DNA of 64,000 bases, from NCBI GenBank assembly GCA_050299315.1, contig JBNKVS010000002.1, positions 18,974-82,973 of the forward strand. Reading direction: 5' to 3'. Positions 9,195-18,059 of the stretch are shown piece after piece (the first letter of the stretch is position 1; each line of letters starts with the position of its first letter). Source of the DNA: Polyangiaceae bacterium. GTDB lineage: Bacteria; Myxococcota_A; Polyangia; Polyangiales; Polyangiaceae. Position numbers and translations under genes: made by a program. The notes below the pieces were generated by a model. The model worked only from the letters and a program-made list of their open reading frames with translations, made no database searches and was not told the origin of the DNA.

Positions 9195-10442
9195 TCATGG
9201 CGTTGCCTCGTGTCCCTCACCGAACAAGCTCTGGGCCTGCCGCAGCCCGTGCAGCAACACATCCACGTCGCCCATCGTGTTGTATACACCAAACGAGACG
9301 CGACAACTGGCGGGGATGCCCAGGCGGCGGTGCAGTGGTTGAGCGCAATGGTGGCCGGCCCGGATCGCCACACCCCAGTCTCGATCGAGGATCGTGCTCA
9401 GGTCGTGCGGATGCACGCCCTCGACCACGAACGAAAGCGCGCCGACGCGGCGCGGAGGGGCACCCAAGATTCGAACGCCCCTCGTGGCCCCGAGCGCCGC
9501 GGCGGCGTAAGACATCAGCGCTTGCTCGTGCCGGGCGAGCTCGTCGAGCCCGATCCCCTCGACGAAGTCCAACGCGGCCGTGAGCCCGGCCGCGCCCGCC
9601 ACGTTGGGCGTCCCCGACTCGAAACAGTGGGGAGGCGGTACGAAGGTCGAGCGCCCTTCGTCGACCAACTCCACCATTCCCCCTCCGACCTTCCACAGGC
9701 CCATTTCAGAGGCAGCCTCGGAGTGAACGTACAGGGCTCCGATGCCATACGGGCCGTACAGCTTGTGTCCCGACATGGCGTAGAAGTCACAACCGAGCTC
9801 CGAGACGCGCACGGGGCAGCGCGCCACCGCCTGCGCGCCATCGATGAGCACGCGAGCGCCTACGGCGTGGGCGAGCGAGGTCATCGTTTCCACCGGCACC
9901 TCCGAGCCAACGACGTTGGAGACGTGGGCCAGCGCAACGAGTCGCGTCCGCGACCCGAGCATGGCGCGGTACGCGTCGAGGTCGACGACTCCGGTGGCAT
10001 CGACCGGAATCACTCGAAACCTCGCGCCAACGCGCTGGCAAAGTTGCTGCCACGGCAGCCAGTTGCTGTGGTGCTCCAACTCGCTCACGAGCACCTCGTC
10101 CCCCGCATGCACGCGCGCGCCCCCCCACGCTTGGGCGACGAGGTTGATTGCCTCGGTGCACCCGCTCGACAGCACGATCTCACGGCTCGAGGTCGCTCCC
10201 AGAAAACGCCGAACCCGCTCGCGCGCCCCCTCGTACGTCGCCGTTCCTCGCTCGCTGAAGGCATGGGCCCCGCGGCGCGGGTTGCCGTGGCCGGCTCGAT
10301 AGCAACTCGCCACCGCCTCGATCACCGCCGTGGGGGTCAGGGTGGTCGCCGCGCTGTCGAGATAGACGGGCCTCCGGCGATCGGGCAAGGGAAGAAGCGC
10401 GGGGAACTCCTCTCGCAAGGTCGGGTCGTCAGCCGCCTTCAT
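9195..10442 (-). CDS. sufS: cysteine desulfurase, SufS (class II aminotransferase V) type
   Basis: VYLDSAATT, ELEHHSNWLPWQ, PLP-lysine motif MSGHKLYGPYGIG, active-site loop RAGHHCAQP. ATG at 10442 (MKAADDPTLREEFPAL). Confidence 0.9.
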   Translation of the reverse strand: MKAADDPTLREEFPALLPLPDRRRPVYLDSAATTLTPTAVIEAVASCYRAGHGNPRRGAHAFSERGTATYEGARERVRRFLGATSSREIVLSSGCTEAINLVAQAWGGARVHAGDEVLVSELEHHSNWLPWQQLCQRVGARFRVIPVDATGVVDLDAYRAMLGSRTRLVALAHVSNVVGSEVPVETMTSLAHAVGARVLIDGAQAVARCPVRVSELGCDFYAMSGHKLYGPYGIGALYVHSEAASEMGLWKVGGGMVELVDEGRSTFVPPPHCFESGTPNVAGAAGLTAALDFVEGIGLDELARHEQALMSYAAAALGATRGVRILGAPPRRVGALSFVVEGVHPHDLSTILDRDWGVAIRAGHHCAQPLHRRLGIPASCRVSFGVYNTMGDVDVLLHGLRQAQSLFGEGHEATP

Positions 10443-11490
10443 CGCGCCGCGTCTCCAAGCCGCGCCGGGCCGAAGCTCCCCCCCAGCCGCGGGTTTGGGA
10501 AGGAGGGTTCTGAGCGAGCAGCCCACCTGAGCCGAGGGCCGCGATATCGCCGGCGCCCAGCCTCTCGCCCGCGAGCAGTCGGGGCAAGACGAGGTCCACG
10601 ACGTTCCGCTCGGGGCCCCGAACACAGCCGGGCAACCCCACCACCGCGGCCCCCCCAACGCGGGCGAGAAGCAGCAGGTTGCCGGGGAAAACCGGGGCAC
10701 CGACGGCCTCGACGCGGCCTCCCGCGAGGTGTACTGCACGCGGCGCGAGGTCATCGATATCCATGGTCGCCGTCTCCCCGGCGAGCAACAGCATCTCCGC
10801 GCCACGCCCGAGAGCCTGCTCGATGGCCTGGGCGAGCATGGCCTCGCCCCGCCCTCGCAGGGAAACGTAGACCGTCTCCAAGCTCGAAACGCCCCATCGA
10901 CCCAGGCGATCGCCCAGCGCCTGCCCGTAGCCGCGCAGCAGCGCTCGGCGACGGGTGGCGTCCCCGAAGACGAGCAAGCTGACCTTCCGAGGGTGAAAGC
11001 GACCCACCGAGAGCAGCCCACCCGACGCCTCGGCCTCGACCCGTGCCAGCAGGCTCTCCGGGACCGCGAGGGGAATCACCTTGAGGGTGGCCACGAGCTG
11101 TTGCGACGCGACGACGGCCCCCGGGGAAAGTGTGGCGAGCGTGACTTGTTGGGACGTGTTGACGCGTTGCAGGCGCCGAACGTCGACCCGCCACACCCCG
11201 GCGTGGCGCGCACGCAGAGAAACCCGGCCGCCCCCTTGCGACCGGGCCACCACGCCCGATTCGGGGCTCGCCGCGGCGACCGCCACGCGCAGCGCGGCCA
11301 CCTCTTCCCCGATGTCCGTTGGATCGAAACGCGCCACGGTCACCCGTTGCACGCCGGCCAGCTCGAGGCGCCCTCTTTCGCGTTCCCCGATGCAGACCCC
11401 TTTGCGCAACACGCGCCGCCCTTCCACGATGACGTTGTCTGCGAGGACGAGCCCCACGGCGAGCGGCAAACTCACGTACTCGAACCTCAC
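10429..11490 (-). CDS. molybdopterin-binding (MoeA/MoCF-biosynthesis-like) protein
   Basis: 353 aa. C-terminal half (..VSLLVFGDA..MLLLAGETATMDIDDLAP..GAPVFPGNLLLLARVGGAAVVGLPGC) resembles the MoCF_biosynth/MoeA domain. Position inside a cox/XdhC cluster. Stop overlaps the sufS start by 14 nt. Confidence 0.6.
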   Translation of the reverse strand: MRFEYVSLPLAVGLVLADNVIVEGRRVLRKGVCIGERERGRLELAGVQRVTVARFDPTDIGEEVAALRVAVAAASPESGVVARSQGGGRVSLRARHAGVWRVDVRRLQRVNTSQQVTLATLSPGAVVASQQLVATLKVIPLAVPESLLARVEAEASGGLLSVGRFHPRKVSLLVFGDATRRRALLRGYGQALGDRLGRWGVSSLETVYVSLRGRGEAMLAQAIEQALGRGAEMLLLAGETATMDIDDLAPRAVHLAGGRVEAVGAPVFPGNLLLLARVGGAAVVGLPGCVRGPERNVVDLVLPRLLAGERLGAGDIAALGSGGLLAQNPPSQTRGWGGASARRGLETRRDEGG

Positions 11491-11496
11491 GGCCGC

Positions 11497-13095
11497 CTAC
11501 TCCTTCGATTCCATCAGCCTGCGGTAGTCCTCGGGAGCATCCACATCGGCGACGAACCCCTCGCCCTGCGTTTCCCAGAAGGCGACCCGCCCGTCCGACT
11601 CTTCGACGAACCGCCTGCAGGCGAAGCTGACCTCCCGTTCGAGCGCGTGGGCGACGGCCGCGCGTGCCAGCACCACCGGGTTGCCCCGCTGGCCACGAAC
11701 GCGCGGGATCACGGCGTCAAAACCCGCCGCCCGCGCGGAGAACGCCTCCCACAGGTCGTGCACGTCCCGTGGCCGAAGCCAGGCTTGATCGCCGAGGCAA
11801 ACCATGGCCCCCTCCGCAGGCTTCTGCAGGGCCGAAAGCCCTGCGCGAACCGAGGACTGCTGGCCCTGCGCGTAATCGGGGTTGTGGACGATCCGCACGG
11901 CGAGACCCTCCAGGGCAGCCCGCACGCGATCGGCCTCGTGCCCCACCACCACGACGACCTCTTCGAACCCGCAGCTGGCCACCCGCTTCACGCTTCGGCG
12001 AATGAGCGGGGTGCCCTCCACTTCGAGCAGCAGCTTGTTGTCGCTGCCCATGCGCTCGGAAAGACCCGCCGCCAAAACGACGGCCGACAGGCGGCAGCGC
12101 GCCGACCCGCCCGCTGCGAGTGGCACGCTTCGGGCCTCGACAGGGGTCACTTCCCGCGCCTGCGCCGGGGCCTCTCGCTTGGGCTCTTCGCGGCTCGCAG
12201 GCGAACGCGCCTTCGCCGCAGAGCAGCACCCGCCCCCTCCGCTCGACGCCCCCGCGGGCGCCTGGGGCGGCGACGGCTCGGCGGGCGACGCCACCGCCCC
12301 CTCCGACGCCGAGCTCGACGACACCGCCCTCCCTTCTCGGCGCCGCAAGCGGCGCACGCCCGCCGACAGGATGCTCAACGCGACCTCCTCGGGCGTGCGC
12401 CCGCCGATGTCGAGACCGGCAGGGCAATCGAGCCCCGCCAGATGGGCCTGCTCGAACCCCCACTCGGCCGCGCTCTGAATCACGGAAGCGCTGCGCCGAC
12501 GGCTCGCCACGAGACCCACGTACCCTGCTCGACCCGACAGCGCCCAGCGAAGCGCCTCTCTCTCGCCTCTTCCGTGCGCAGCGATTACCACCATGGATCC
12601 GGCCGGGGGCGGGCGACTCCAAGGCTCGGCTCGTTCGCTCTGCACGGCGGCCGCTTCGTGCGCGACGTAGCCCATGGCTCGACCGAGCTTCGCCACGCTC
12701 TCGGCCACCGGCGAGCGACCGAGCACGAACAACTGCGTCCGTGCCAGCTGAGGCTCTATGAAAATGTCGAGCGCTCCGCCACTGAAGCAGGACATGGGCT
12801 TGACCTCGATCCCGGGCAGGCACTCGGTCGTCGCCGCATTCGTCAGGCGCAGGAGGCGGCACTCTCCGTCCCGAAGAGCGGCCTGTGCGAGCTTCTTCGC
12901 GGTCGGCTCGGCGCAGCTGCCCCCGATCCACCCGTACCACTCGCCGCTCTCGGTCAGCAGGGCACGGTCACCGGGCTTGGCGGAGGTGGGGCGCTCGGCC
13001 CGAACCACGGTCAAGAGTACGAAGCTCTCTCCGTGCGCCGAGAGCTCCGCCGCTCGCGACAACAAGGCTGCCGCCGGCAGCGCCGGCGGCTCCAC
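11497..13095 (-). CDS. fusion protein: XdhC/CoxI-family chaperone + MocA-like molybdenum cofactor cytidylyltransferase
   Basis: The N-terminal half has XdhC_CoxI motifs (FVLLTVVRAERPTSAKPGDRALL..GWIGGSCAE; Rossmann-like LFVLGRSPVAESVAKL). A Ser/Ala/Pro/Gly linker follows. The C-terminal half has the MobA-like NTP-transferase motif AVVLAAGLSERMG..KLL. GTG 13095 lies 21 nt after the coxL stop; the alternative ATG 13203 would overlap coxL. Confidence 0.8.
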   Translation of the reverse strand: MEPPALPAAALLSRAAELSAHGESFVLLTVVRAERPTSAKPGDRALLTESGEWYGWIGGSCAEPTAKKLAQAALRDGECRLLRLTNAATTECLPGIEVKPMSCFSGGALDIFIEPQLARTQLFVLGRSPVAESVAKLGRAMGYVAHEAAAVQSERAEPWSRPPPAGSMVVIAAHGRGEREALRWALSGRAGYVGLVASRRRSASVIQSAAEWGFEQAHLAGLDCPAGLDIGGRTPEEVALSILSAGVRRLRRREGRAVSSSSASEGAVASPAEPSPPQAPAGASSGGGGCCSAAKARSPASREEPKREAPAQAREVTPVEARSVPLAAGGSARCRLSAVVLAAGLSERMGSDNKLLLEVEGTPLIRRSVKRVASCGFEEVVVVVGHEADRVRAALEGLAVRIVHNPDYAQGQQSSVRAGLSALQKPAEGAMVCLGDQAWLRPRDVHDLWEAFSARAAGFDAVIPRVRGQRGNPVVLARAAVAHALEREVSFACRRFVEESDGRVAFWETQGEGFVADVDAPEDYRRLMESKE

Positions 13096-13115
13096 GGAAT
13101 TTCGATCGTCGGGTT

Positions 13116-15551
13116 TCAGTTGCCTACTCCGTGCTCTCGCAGCGCCTTCCAGACCTTCTGAGGTGACAGTGGAATGTCCAAGTGCCGCACACCGAGATGC
13201 CACATCGCATCCACGACGGCGTTGGCAATGGCCGGAGGCGCCCCCACGGTGGGTGACTCACCGACCCCCTTGGCGCCAAATGGATGATGCGGCGAGGGCG
13301 TGATCGTCTTCCCCAACTCCCATTTTGGCGACTCCATGGCCGTGGGGACCAGGTAGTCGGCCATGGTGCCGGTGAGATTCTGGCCGTTTTCGTCGTAGAC
13401 GATCTCCTCGAACAGCGCCGGCGCCAACCCCATGGTCAAGCCGCCTTCGATCTGCCCCTCGACGATCAGCGGGTTGATGATTTTTCCGCAGTCGTCCACG
13501 GCGACGAAGCGCCGTACCTTCACTTCGCCCGTCCCCGTGTCGAGATCGACGACGCAGATGTAGCTGCCGAACGGGAAGGTCAGGTTCGGGGGGTTGTAGT
13601 AGTCCGTCGCTTCGAGCCCGGCTTCGACCTCGGGCGGATGGTTGGTATAAGCCGCGAAAGCGATTTCCTGGATTGTCTTGGCCTGCTCCGGCGACCCCTT
13701 CACCTGAAATCGGTCGATGTTCCACTCGAGGTCGTCCTCCCCGACCTCGAGCAAGTGGGCCGCGATCTTCTTGGCTTTCGCCCGGATTTTCCGGGCCGCC
13801 ATCGCCGCGGCGGCCCCGGAGGTGGGCGTCGAGCGACTCGCGTAGGTGCCCAGGCCGTAGGGGGCGGTATCCGTATCGCCCTCCTCGACCTGAATGTCGG
13901 CGGCCGGCAGACCCAACTCCTCCGCGATGATCTGGGCATAGGTCGTTTCGTGCCCCTGCCCCTGGGACTTGGTGCCCAATCGCGCAATCGCCTTGCCCGT
14001 GGGGTGAATTCGAATCTCCGCCGAGTCGAACATTTTGATCCCCAGGATGTCGTAGTCGGCCGCGGGCCCCGCGCCCACCACCACGGTGAAGCTGGAAATC
14101 CCGATCCCCATCAGCTCCCCGCGAGCGCGCTTCTCGGCTTGCTCCTTGCGCAGCGCCCGGTAGTCCACCATGGCCATGGCCTTGTCCAAGGCCGCCTCGT
14201 AGTTGCCGCTGTCGTACTCCCAACCGGTCGCCGACTTGTACGGAAACTCCGACGCCTGGATGAAATTCTTCAGGCGAAAATCCGCAGGATCCTCTCCTAG
14301 ATCGTGCGCCATGATGTCGACCATTCGCTCGATCAGGTGCACCGCCTCCGTCACCCGAAACGAGCACCGGTATGCCACCCCGCCGGGTGGCTTGTTGGTG
14401 TAGACCCCGTCCACCTGTACGTCAGCCGCCTGGATGCGATACGAGCCCGTGCAGATACTGTAAAGGCCGGCTGGGAACTTCGACGGGTTGGCCGCGGCGT
14501 CCGCTGCACCGCAATCCGACAACGTCTTGACGCGCAAACCGGTCAGGTTGCCCGCCGAGTCCGCCGCCAGCTCCGCCTCGATGTGGTAGTCCCGCGCGAA
14601 GCTGTCGGCCTGGAGATTCTCGCTTCGATCCTCGATCCACTTGACCGGCTTACCGAGCACGAGGCTGGCAACCGCGCAACAGACGTAGCCGGGATAGACG
14701 GGAACCTTCCCTCCGAAGCCCCCGCCGATGTCGGGCGAGATGATCTGGATCTTGTGCTCTGGAATCCCGCTCACGAGCGCAAACACCGTGCGGTGGGCGT
14801 GAGGCGCCTGAGAGGTCATGTACAGCTGCATGTGCTCTCGCGCTCTGTCGTAGTTCGCCACCATCCCGCACGTCTCGATCGAGCAGACGTGGATGCGGGG
14901 AATGTACATCGACTGTTTTACGACGTGCGCGGCCTTGGCGAACACCGCGTCGGTGGCCGCCCTGTCACCAGCCTCCCAGTGCCAGACGTGGTTGGTCTTT
15001 TTCTCCTTGTCTTCTCGAACGATGATTTCGTCCTTCAAGGCGAGCTTCGGATCCAACACCGGGTCGAGCGGGTCGTAATCCACGTAAACCTTCTCGCGAG
15101 CGTCTGCGGCGATGTAGCGATCTTTCGCCACCACCACGCAAACCTCTTGCGCGTAATAGACGACCTTCTCGATGGGCAACACCATCTGCGTGTCACTCAT
15201 GAGCGTGGGCATGAAGTGGAGGTTTCCGGCCTTCTTGAGATCCTCGCCGGTAATGACGGCCACCACACCCGGAGTAGCGAGCGCCTCGGAAGCGTCAATC
15301 GAGTTGATCTTCGCGTGCGCATAGGGGCTGCGAACGATCGCCATGTGAAGCATGCCGGGCAGCTTCACGTCGTCGACGTATCGACCCTTGCCTTGAAGAA
15401 AGCGCGGGTCCTCTTTGCGCTTCATGCGGTGACCCATCCCGCACACGTTTTTCGGAGTCTTGATCTCCACCTCGTCGGACGTGGCGACCTGGGCAGAGCT
15501 ACCCGCCGCCTTGGGAGTGTGTCGCTCGACTCGATCTTCGAGATGTGCCAC
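13116..15551 (-). CDS. coxL: form-I aerobic CO dehydrogenase large (Mo-Cu, molybdopterin cytosine dinucleotide) subunit
   Basis: 811 aa of the xanthine-dehydrogenase-family Mo subunit. Contains the form-I active-site loop GGVAYRCSFR (Cys is the Cu ligand; form II has AYRGAGR). coxM-coxS-coxL order. Confidence 0.92.
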   Translation of the reverse strand: MAHLEDRVERHTPKAAGSSAQVATSDEVEIKTPKNVCGMGHRMKRKEDPRFLQGKGRYVDDVKLPGMLHMAIVRSPYAHAKINSIDASEALATPGVVAVITGEDLKKAGNLHFMPTLMSDTQMVLPIEKVVYYAQEVCVVVAKDRYIAADAREKVYVDYDPLDPVLDPKLALKDEIIVREDKEKKTNHVWHWEAGDRAATDAVFAKAAHVVKQSMYIPRIHVCSIETCGMVANYDRAREHMQLYMTSQAPHAHRTVFALVSGIPEHKIQIISPDIGGGFGGKVPVYPGYVCCAVASLVLGKPVKWIEDRSENLQADSFARDYHIEAELAADSAGNLTGLRVKTLSDCGAADAAANPSKFPAGLYSICTGSYRIQAADVQVDGVYTNKPPGGVAYRCSFRVTEAVHLIERMVDIMAHDLGEDPADFRLKNFIQASEFPYKSATGWEYDSGNYEAALDKAMAMVDYRALRKEQAEKRARGELMGIGISSFTVVVGAGPAADYDILGIKMFDSAEIRIHPTGKAIARLGTKSQGQGHETTYAQIIAEELGLPAADIQVEEGDTDTAPYGLGTYASRSTPTSGAAAAMAARKIRAKAKKIAAHLLEVGEDDLEWNIDRFQVKGSPEQAKTIQEIAFAAYTNHPPEVEAGLEATDYYNPPNLTFPFGSYICVVDLDTGTGEVKVRRFVAVDDCGKIINPLIVEGQIEGGLTMGLAPALFEEIVYDENGQNLTGTMADYLVPTAMESPKWELGKTITPSPHHPFGAKGVGESPTVGAPPAIANAVVDAMWHLGVRHLDIPLSPQKVWKALREHGVGN

Positions 15552-15554
15552 TGC

Positions 15555-16043
15555 TCAGCCTTCCTTCCGTTGCATCTGCATCTTGTCGGCGGCGTACTGA
15601 ATCGCTTCGACGATCTTGTTGTAGCCGGTGCATCGGCAAATGTTGCCAGAGATACCTTCGCGAATTTGCGCTTCGGTCGGCGTCGGGTTCTTCGAAAGCA
15701 GGCTGGTGGCCGTCATGATCATACCGGGGGTGCAGTAGCCACACTGCAGCCCGTGCCTTTCCCAGAATCCCTCCTGCAGAGGGCCCAGCTTGCCCGCTTC
15801 GGCAATCCCTTCGATCGTCGTCAGCTTGCAGCCGTTGGCTTGCACCGCGAACACCGTGCAGCTCTTCACGGGTCGGCCATCGAGAAGCACCGTGCACGCG
15901 CCGCAGCTCGTGGTGTCACAGCCGACGTGAGATCCGGTGAGATCCAGATCTTCGCGAATGAAGTGGATCAGAAGACGGCGCGCCTCGACGACCTTCTCCA
16001 CCGGCTCCCCGTTGACCTCTAGGTTGATCGTGTGCTCACTCAT
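15555..16043 (-). CDS. coxS: CO dehydrogenase small subunit, [2Fe-2S] x2
   Basis: [11 protein letters not shown] and CGYCTPG / GNICRCTGY cluster motifs. ATGA overlap with the coxM stop at 16040-16043. Confidence 0.92.
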   Translation of the reverse strand: MSEHTINLEVNGEPVEKVVEARRLLIHFIREDLDLTGSHVGCDTTSCGACTVLLDGRPVKSCTVFAVQANGCKLTTIEGIAEAGKLGPLQEGFWERHGLQCGYCTPGMIMTATSLLSKNPTPTEAQIREGISGNICRCTGYNKIVEAIQYAADKMQMQRKEG

Positions 16044-16915
16044 GCCGCACCTCCACTCGCGCGCTCCATGGCCCGCCGAATCGCTCGACCCACGACGACC
16101 CGGGTCAGGTCTTTCTTGTACTCGACCGAGCCACGCAGGTCCGCGGATGGATCGCAGGCCTCCGCGGCACTCCTCGCGGCAGCGTCGATGGCGGCCTGGG
16201 TGAGGGCCGCGCCCACCAACGAAGATTCCGCTTCCGTGGCGCGCATCGGCACGGGGCTGACGTTCGTCAACCCGATGCGAATGCTACGGCAAATGCCGCC
16301 GGCAACAGTGAGCTGTACCGCCGCCGCGCTGATGGCGTAGTCCCCCACCTTTCTCTCGACTTTCACGTACGCTCCGCCGCTGCCGGCGGGCGGCTTCGGG
16401 ATGCGGATCTGAGTCAACAGCTCATCCGGCGAAAGGGCGCTCTCGAACAGACCGACGAAGAACTCGTCGATCGGGATCACGCGCTTGCCCTTGGGCCCCA
16501 CCGCGACGATCTCCGCCCGATAGGCGAGCATGGTGGCGGGGTGATCGTTCGCCGGGTCGGCATGGGCCAAATTGCCTCCGACGGTGGCCCGCTGCCGAAC
16601 CAGAGGATCGGCCACGACCTTCGCGGTATCGAGCAACAGCGGGTACGACTCGGCGATCATCGGCGATTCCTCCAGCGCTGTCTCCCGCGCCAACGCCCCG
16701 ATCACGAGCCAACCGCCCTCCTCCTCGATCGCCTCGAGTTGCGCAAGGCCGCCGATGTCTATCAAGACAGCGGGCTGCGCCAACCGGAAGCGCATGGCGG
16801 GGATCAGGCTCTGGCCTCCCGCCAACACTTTTGCATCCTCCCCTTTGCTCGCGAGCAGGCCGAGAGCCTCCTCGATCGAGCCGGGACGGTGATACTCGAA
16901 CGCAGCTGGGATCAC
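16040..16915 (-). CDS. coxM: CO dehydrogenase medium subunit, FAD-binding
   Basis: FEYHRP.S..EA..LL......[11 protein letters not shown] (FAD_binding_5/CO_deh_flav_C pattern). GTG start at 16915 preceded by AAAGGAGG with a 6-nt spacer. Confidence 0.92.
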   Translation of the reverse strand: MIPAAFEYHRPGSIEEALGLLASKGEDAKVLAGGQSLIPAMRFRLAQPAVLIDIGGLAQLEAIEEEGGWLVIGALARETALEESPMIAESYPLLLDTAKVVADPLVRQRATVGGNLAHADPANDHPATMLAYRAEIVAVGPKGKRVIPIDEFFVGLFESALSPDELLTQIRIPKPPAGSGGAYVKVERKVGDYAISAAAVQLTVAGGICRSIRIGLTNVSPVPMRATEAESSLVGAALTQAAIDAAARSAAEACDPSADLRGSVEYKKDLTRVVVGRAIRRAMERASGGAA

Positions 16916-17315
16916 CGCTGGCCTCCTTTGCTAGTTTCCTCGATGGGACTCATGTTCCTCCTTCCCCTGACCTGAAGCGCCCACTCGCGGGGGCTCTGCG
17001 GCGGCCCCGACGAGAGTGGCGCCATGCGCGGCGCCCCCTCGCCGAGAGTCCGCTCGCCTCGCCTGCTCCGGCGACCTGCCGGCGAGCGCCTCGGGCCGCG
17101 GCGCGACGCCGAAACCAATTGGCACCAGTGCGCGGCGTCTCGGAGCGAGGCTCGAGGGCGAGCGAATCGGTGCTCCAAGGGGTGCCGCCACGGGTGCCAT
17201 GATTGTCCGCCAAACGACGGCCACACAACAACAATCACCGGGGCGAGCGATTTCGAAGCGGGTCAAAGCCATTTCCCGTCGCGACCCCCTTCACCGGATA
17301 CGTCGCCGGGCCGCC

Positions 17316-18059
17316 TCAGCGCGCCGCCAGCACCTGGTAGACTGCCCATGCCAAGACGACCAGCGCAACGAGCGCCACGATCCTCTTGATGGGGAACAAC
17401 TCGCGGGACACTTCCTTGGCTACGCCGAAGGCAAAAGCAGCCTGACTCGGCCCTTGGGGAGCGTCCGCGGGAGGATCATCACGAGGCGGCCTTCGGGCGG
17501 GCTCCGACGCAGCGGGGGCCGGGGTCGCCATTGACCCATCATGTTCCGCGGGTGATTCAGATTGCGTATTTCCGGGGCCGATCGCTGGCTCGCCGGCTTC
17601 GACTGGGCCGGAGTCGGCGGCGACCAAGCTCTTGATCTGAGCGTGCAAGCTCTCGAGGCTCTGCTTGACGATGGCGCGCGACGAGGCGTCGAGCAGGCGC
17701 TGGCCGACGCTGGCGATGCGCCCACCCACCTTCACCTCACTGTCATACTTCATCTCCGTGCCCCCCCCAGACGCGCTGAGGGCGATGTCCGCAGTGGCCT
17801 TCGCGAAGCCCGCGGGGCCTCGGCCGTCGATGACCATGCGATAGCTCTGGCCGTCCACCACCTCCTGAATCTCGACCCTTCCCTGGAATTTTCCCTGAAC
17901 GGGACCCATCTTCACGTTGATGGCGCCCGAAAAGACGTCCCCCTCGCGCTCGAGCTTGTCGCAGCCCGGAAGCGTCCGCGCCAAGACCTGTGGATCGAAG
18001 AGCGCCTCCCACACCACTGGTTGTGGCGCCTCGAACTGATAGTTCCCAGAGAGCTTCAT
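17316..18059 (-). CDS. coxG: CoxG-like SRPBCC protein with C-terminal membrane anchor
   Basis: MKLSGNYQFEAPQPVVWEALFDPQVLARTLPGC..GPVQGKFQGRVEI is the CoxG family pattern. Pro/Ala linker and terminal hydrophobic helix IVALVALVVLAWAVYQVLAA. Confidence 0.85.
   Translation of the reverse strand: MKLSGNYQFEAPQPVVWEALFDPQVLARTLPGCDKLEREGDVFSGAINVKMGPVQGKFQGRVEIQEVVDGQSYRMVIDGRGPAGFAKATADIALSASGGGTEMKYDSEVKVGGRIASVGQRLLDASSRAIVKQSLESLHAQIKSLVAADSGPVEAGEPAIGPGNTQSESPAEHDGSMATPAPAASEPARRPPRDDPPADAPQGPSQAAFAFGVAKEVSRELFPIKRIVALVALVVLAWAVYQVLAAR

Noticed and set aside
8979-16022. Very long plus-strand ORFs (8979-10982, 10729-13161, 14304-16022) opposite sufS, moeA-like, xdhC-mocA and coxL
   Set aside because: These are antisense shadows of genes with unambiguous motifs on the minus strand. 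Their products are Arg/His/Pro/Gly-rich and domain-free.
16916-17315. Moco riboswitch or sigma54 promoter in the 400-bp gap upstream of coxM
   Set aside because: I could not recognise the conserved Moco-motif helices by eye. The TGGCAC-like strings present (for example TTGGCACCAGTG on the plus strand, ATGGCACCCGTGG on the minus strand) lack a correctly spaced TTGC. This needs a covariance-model scan.
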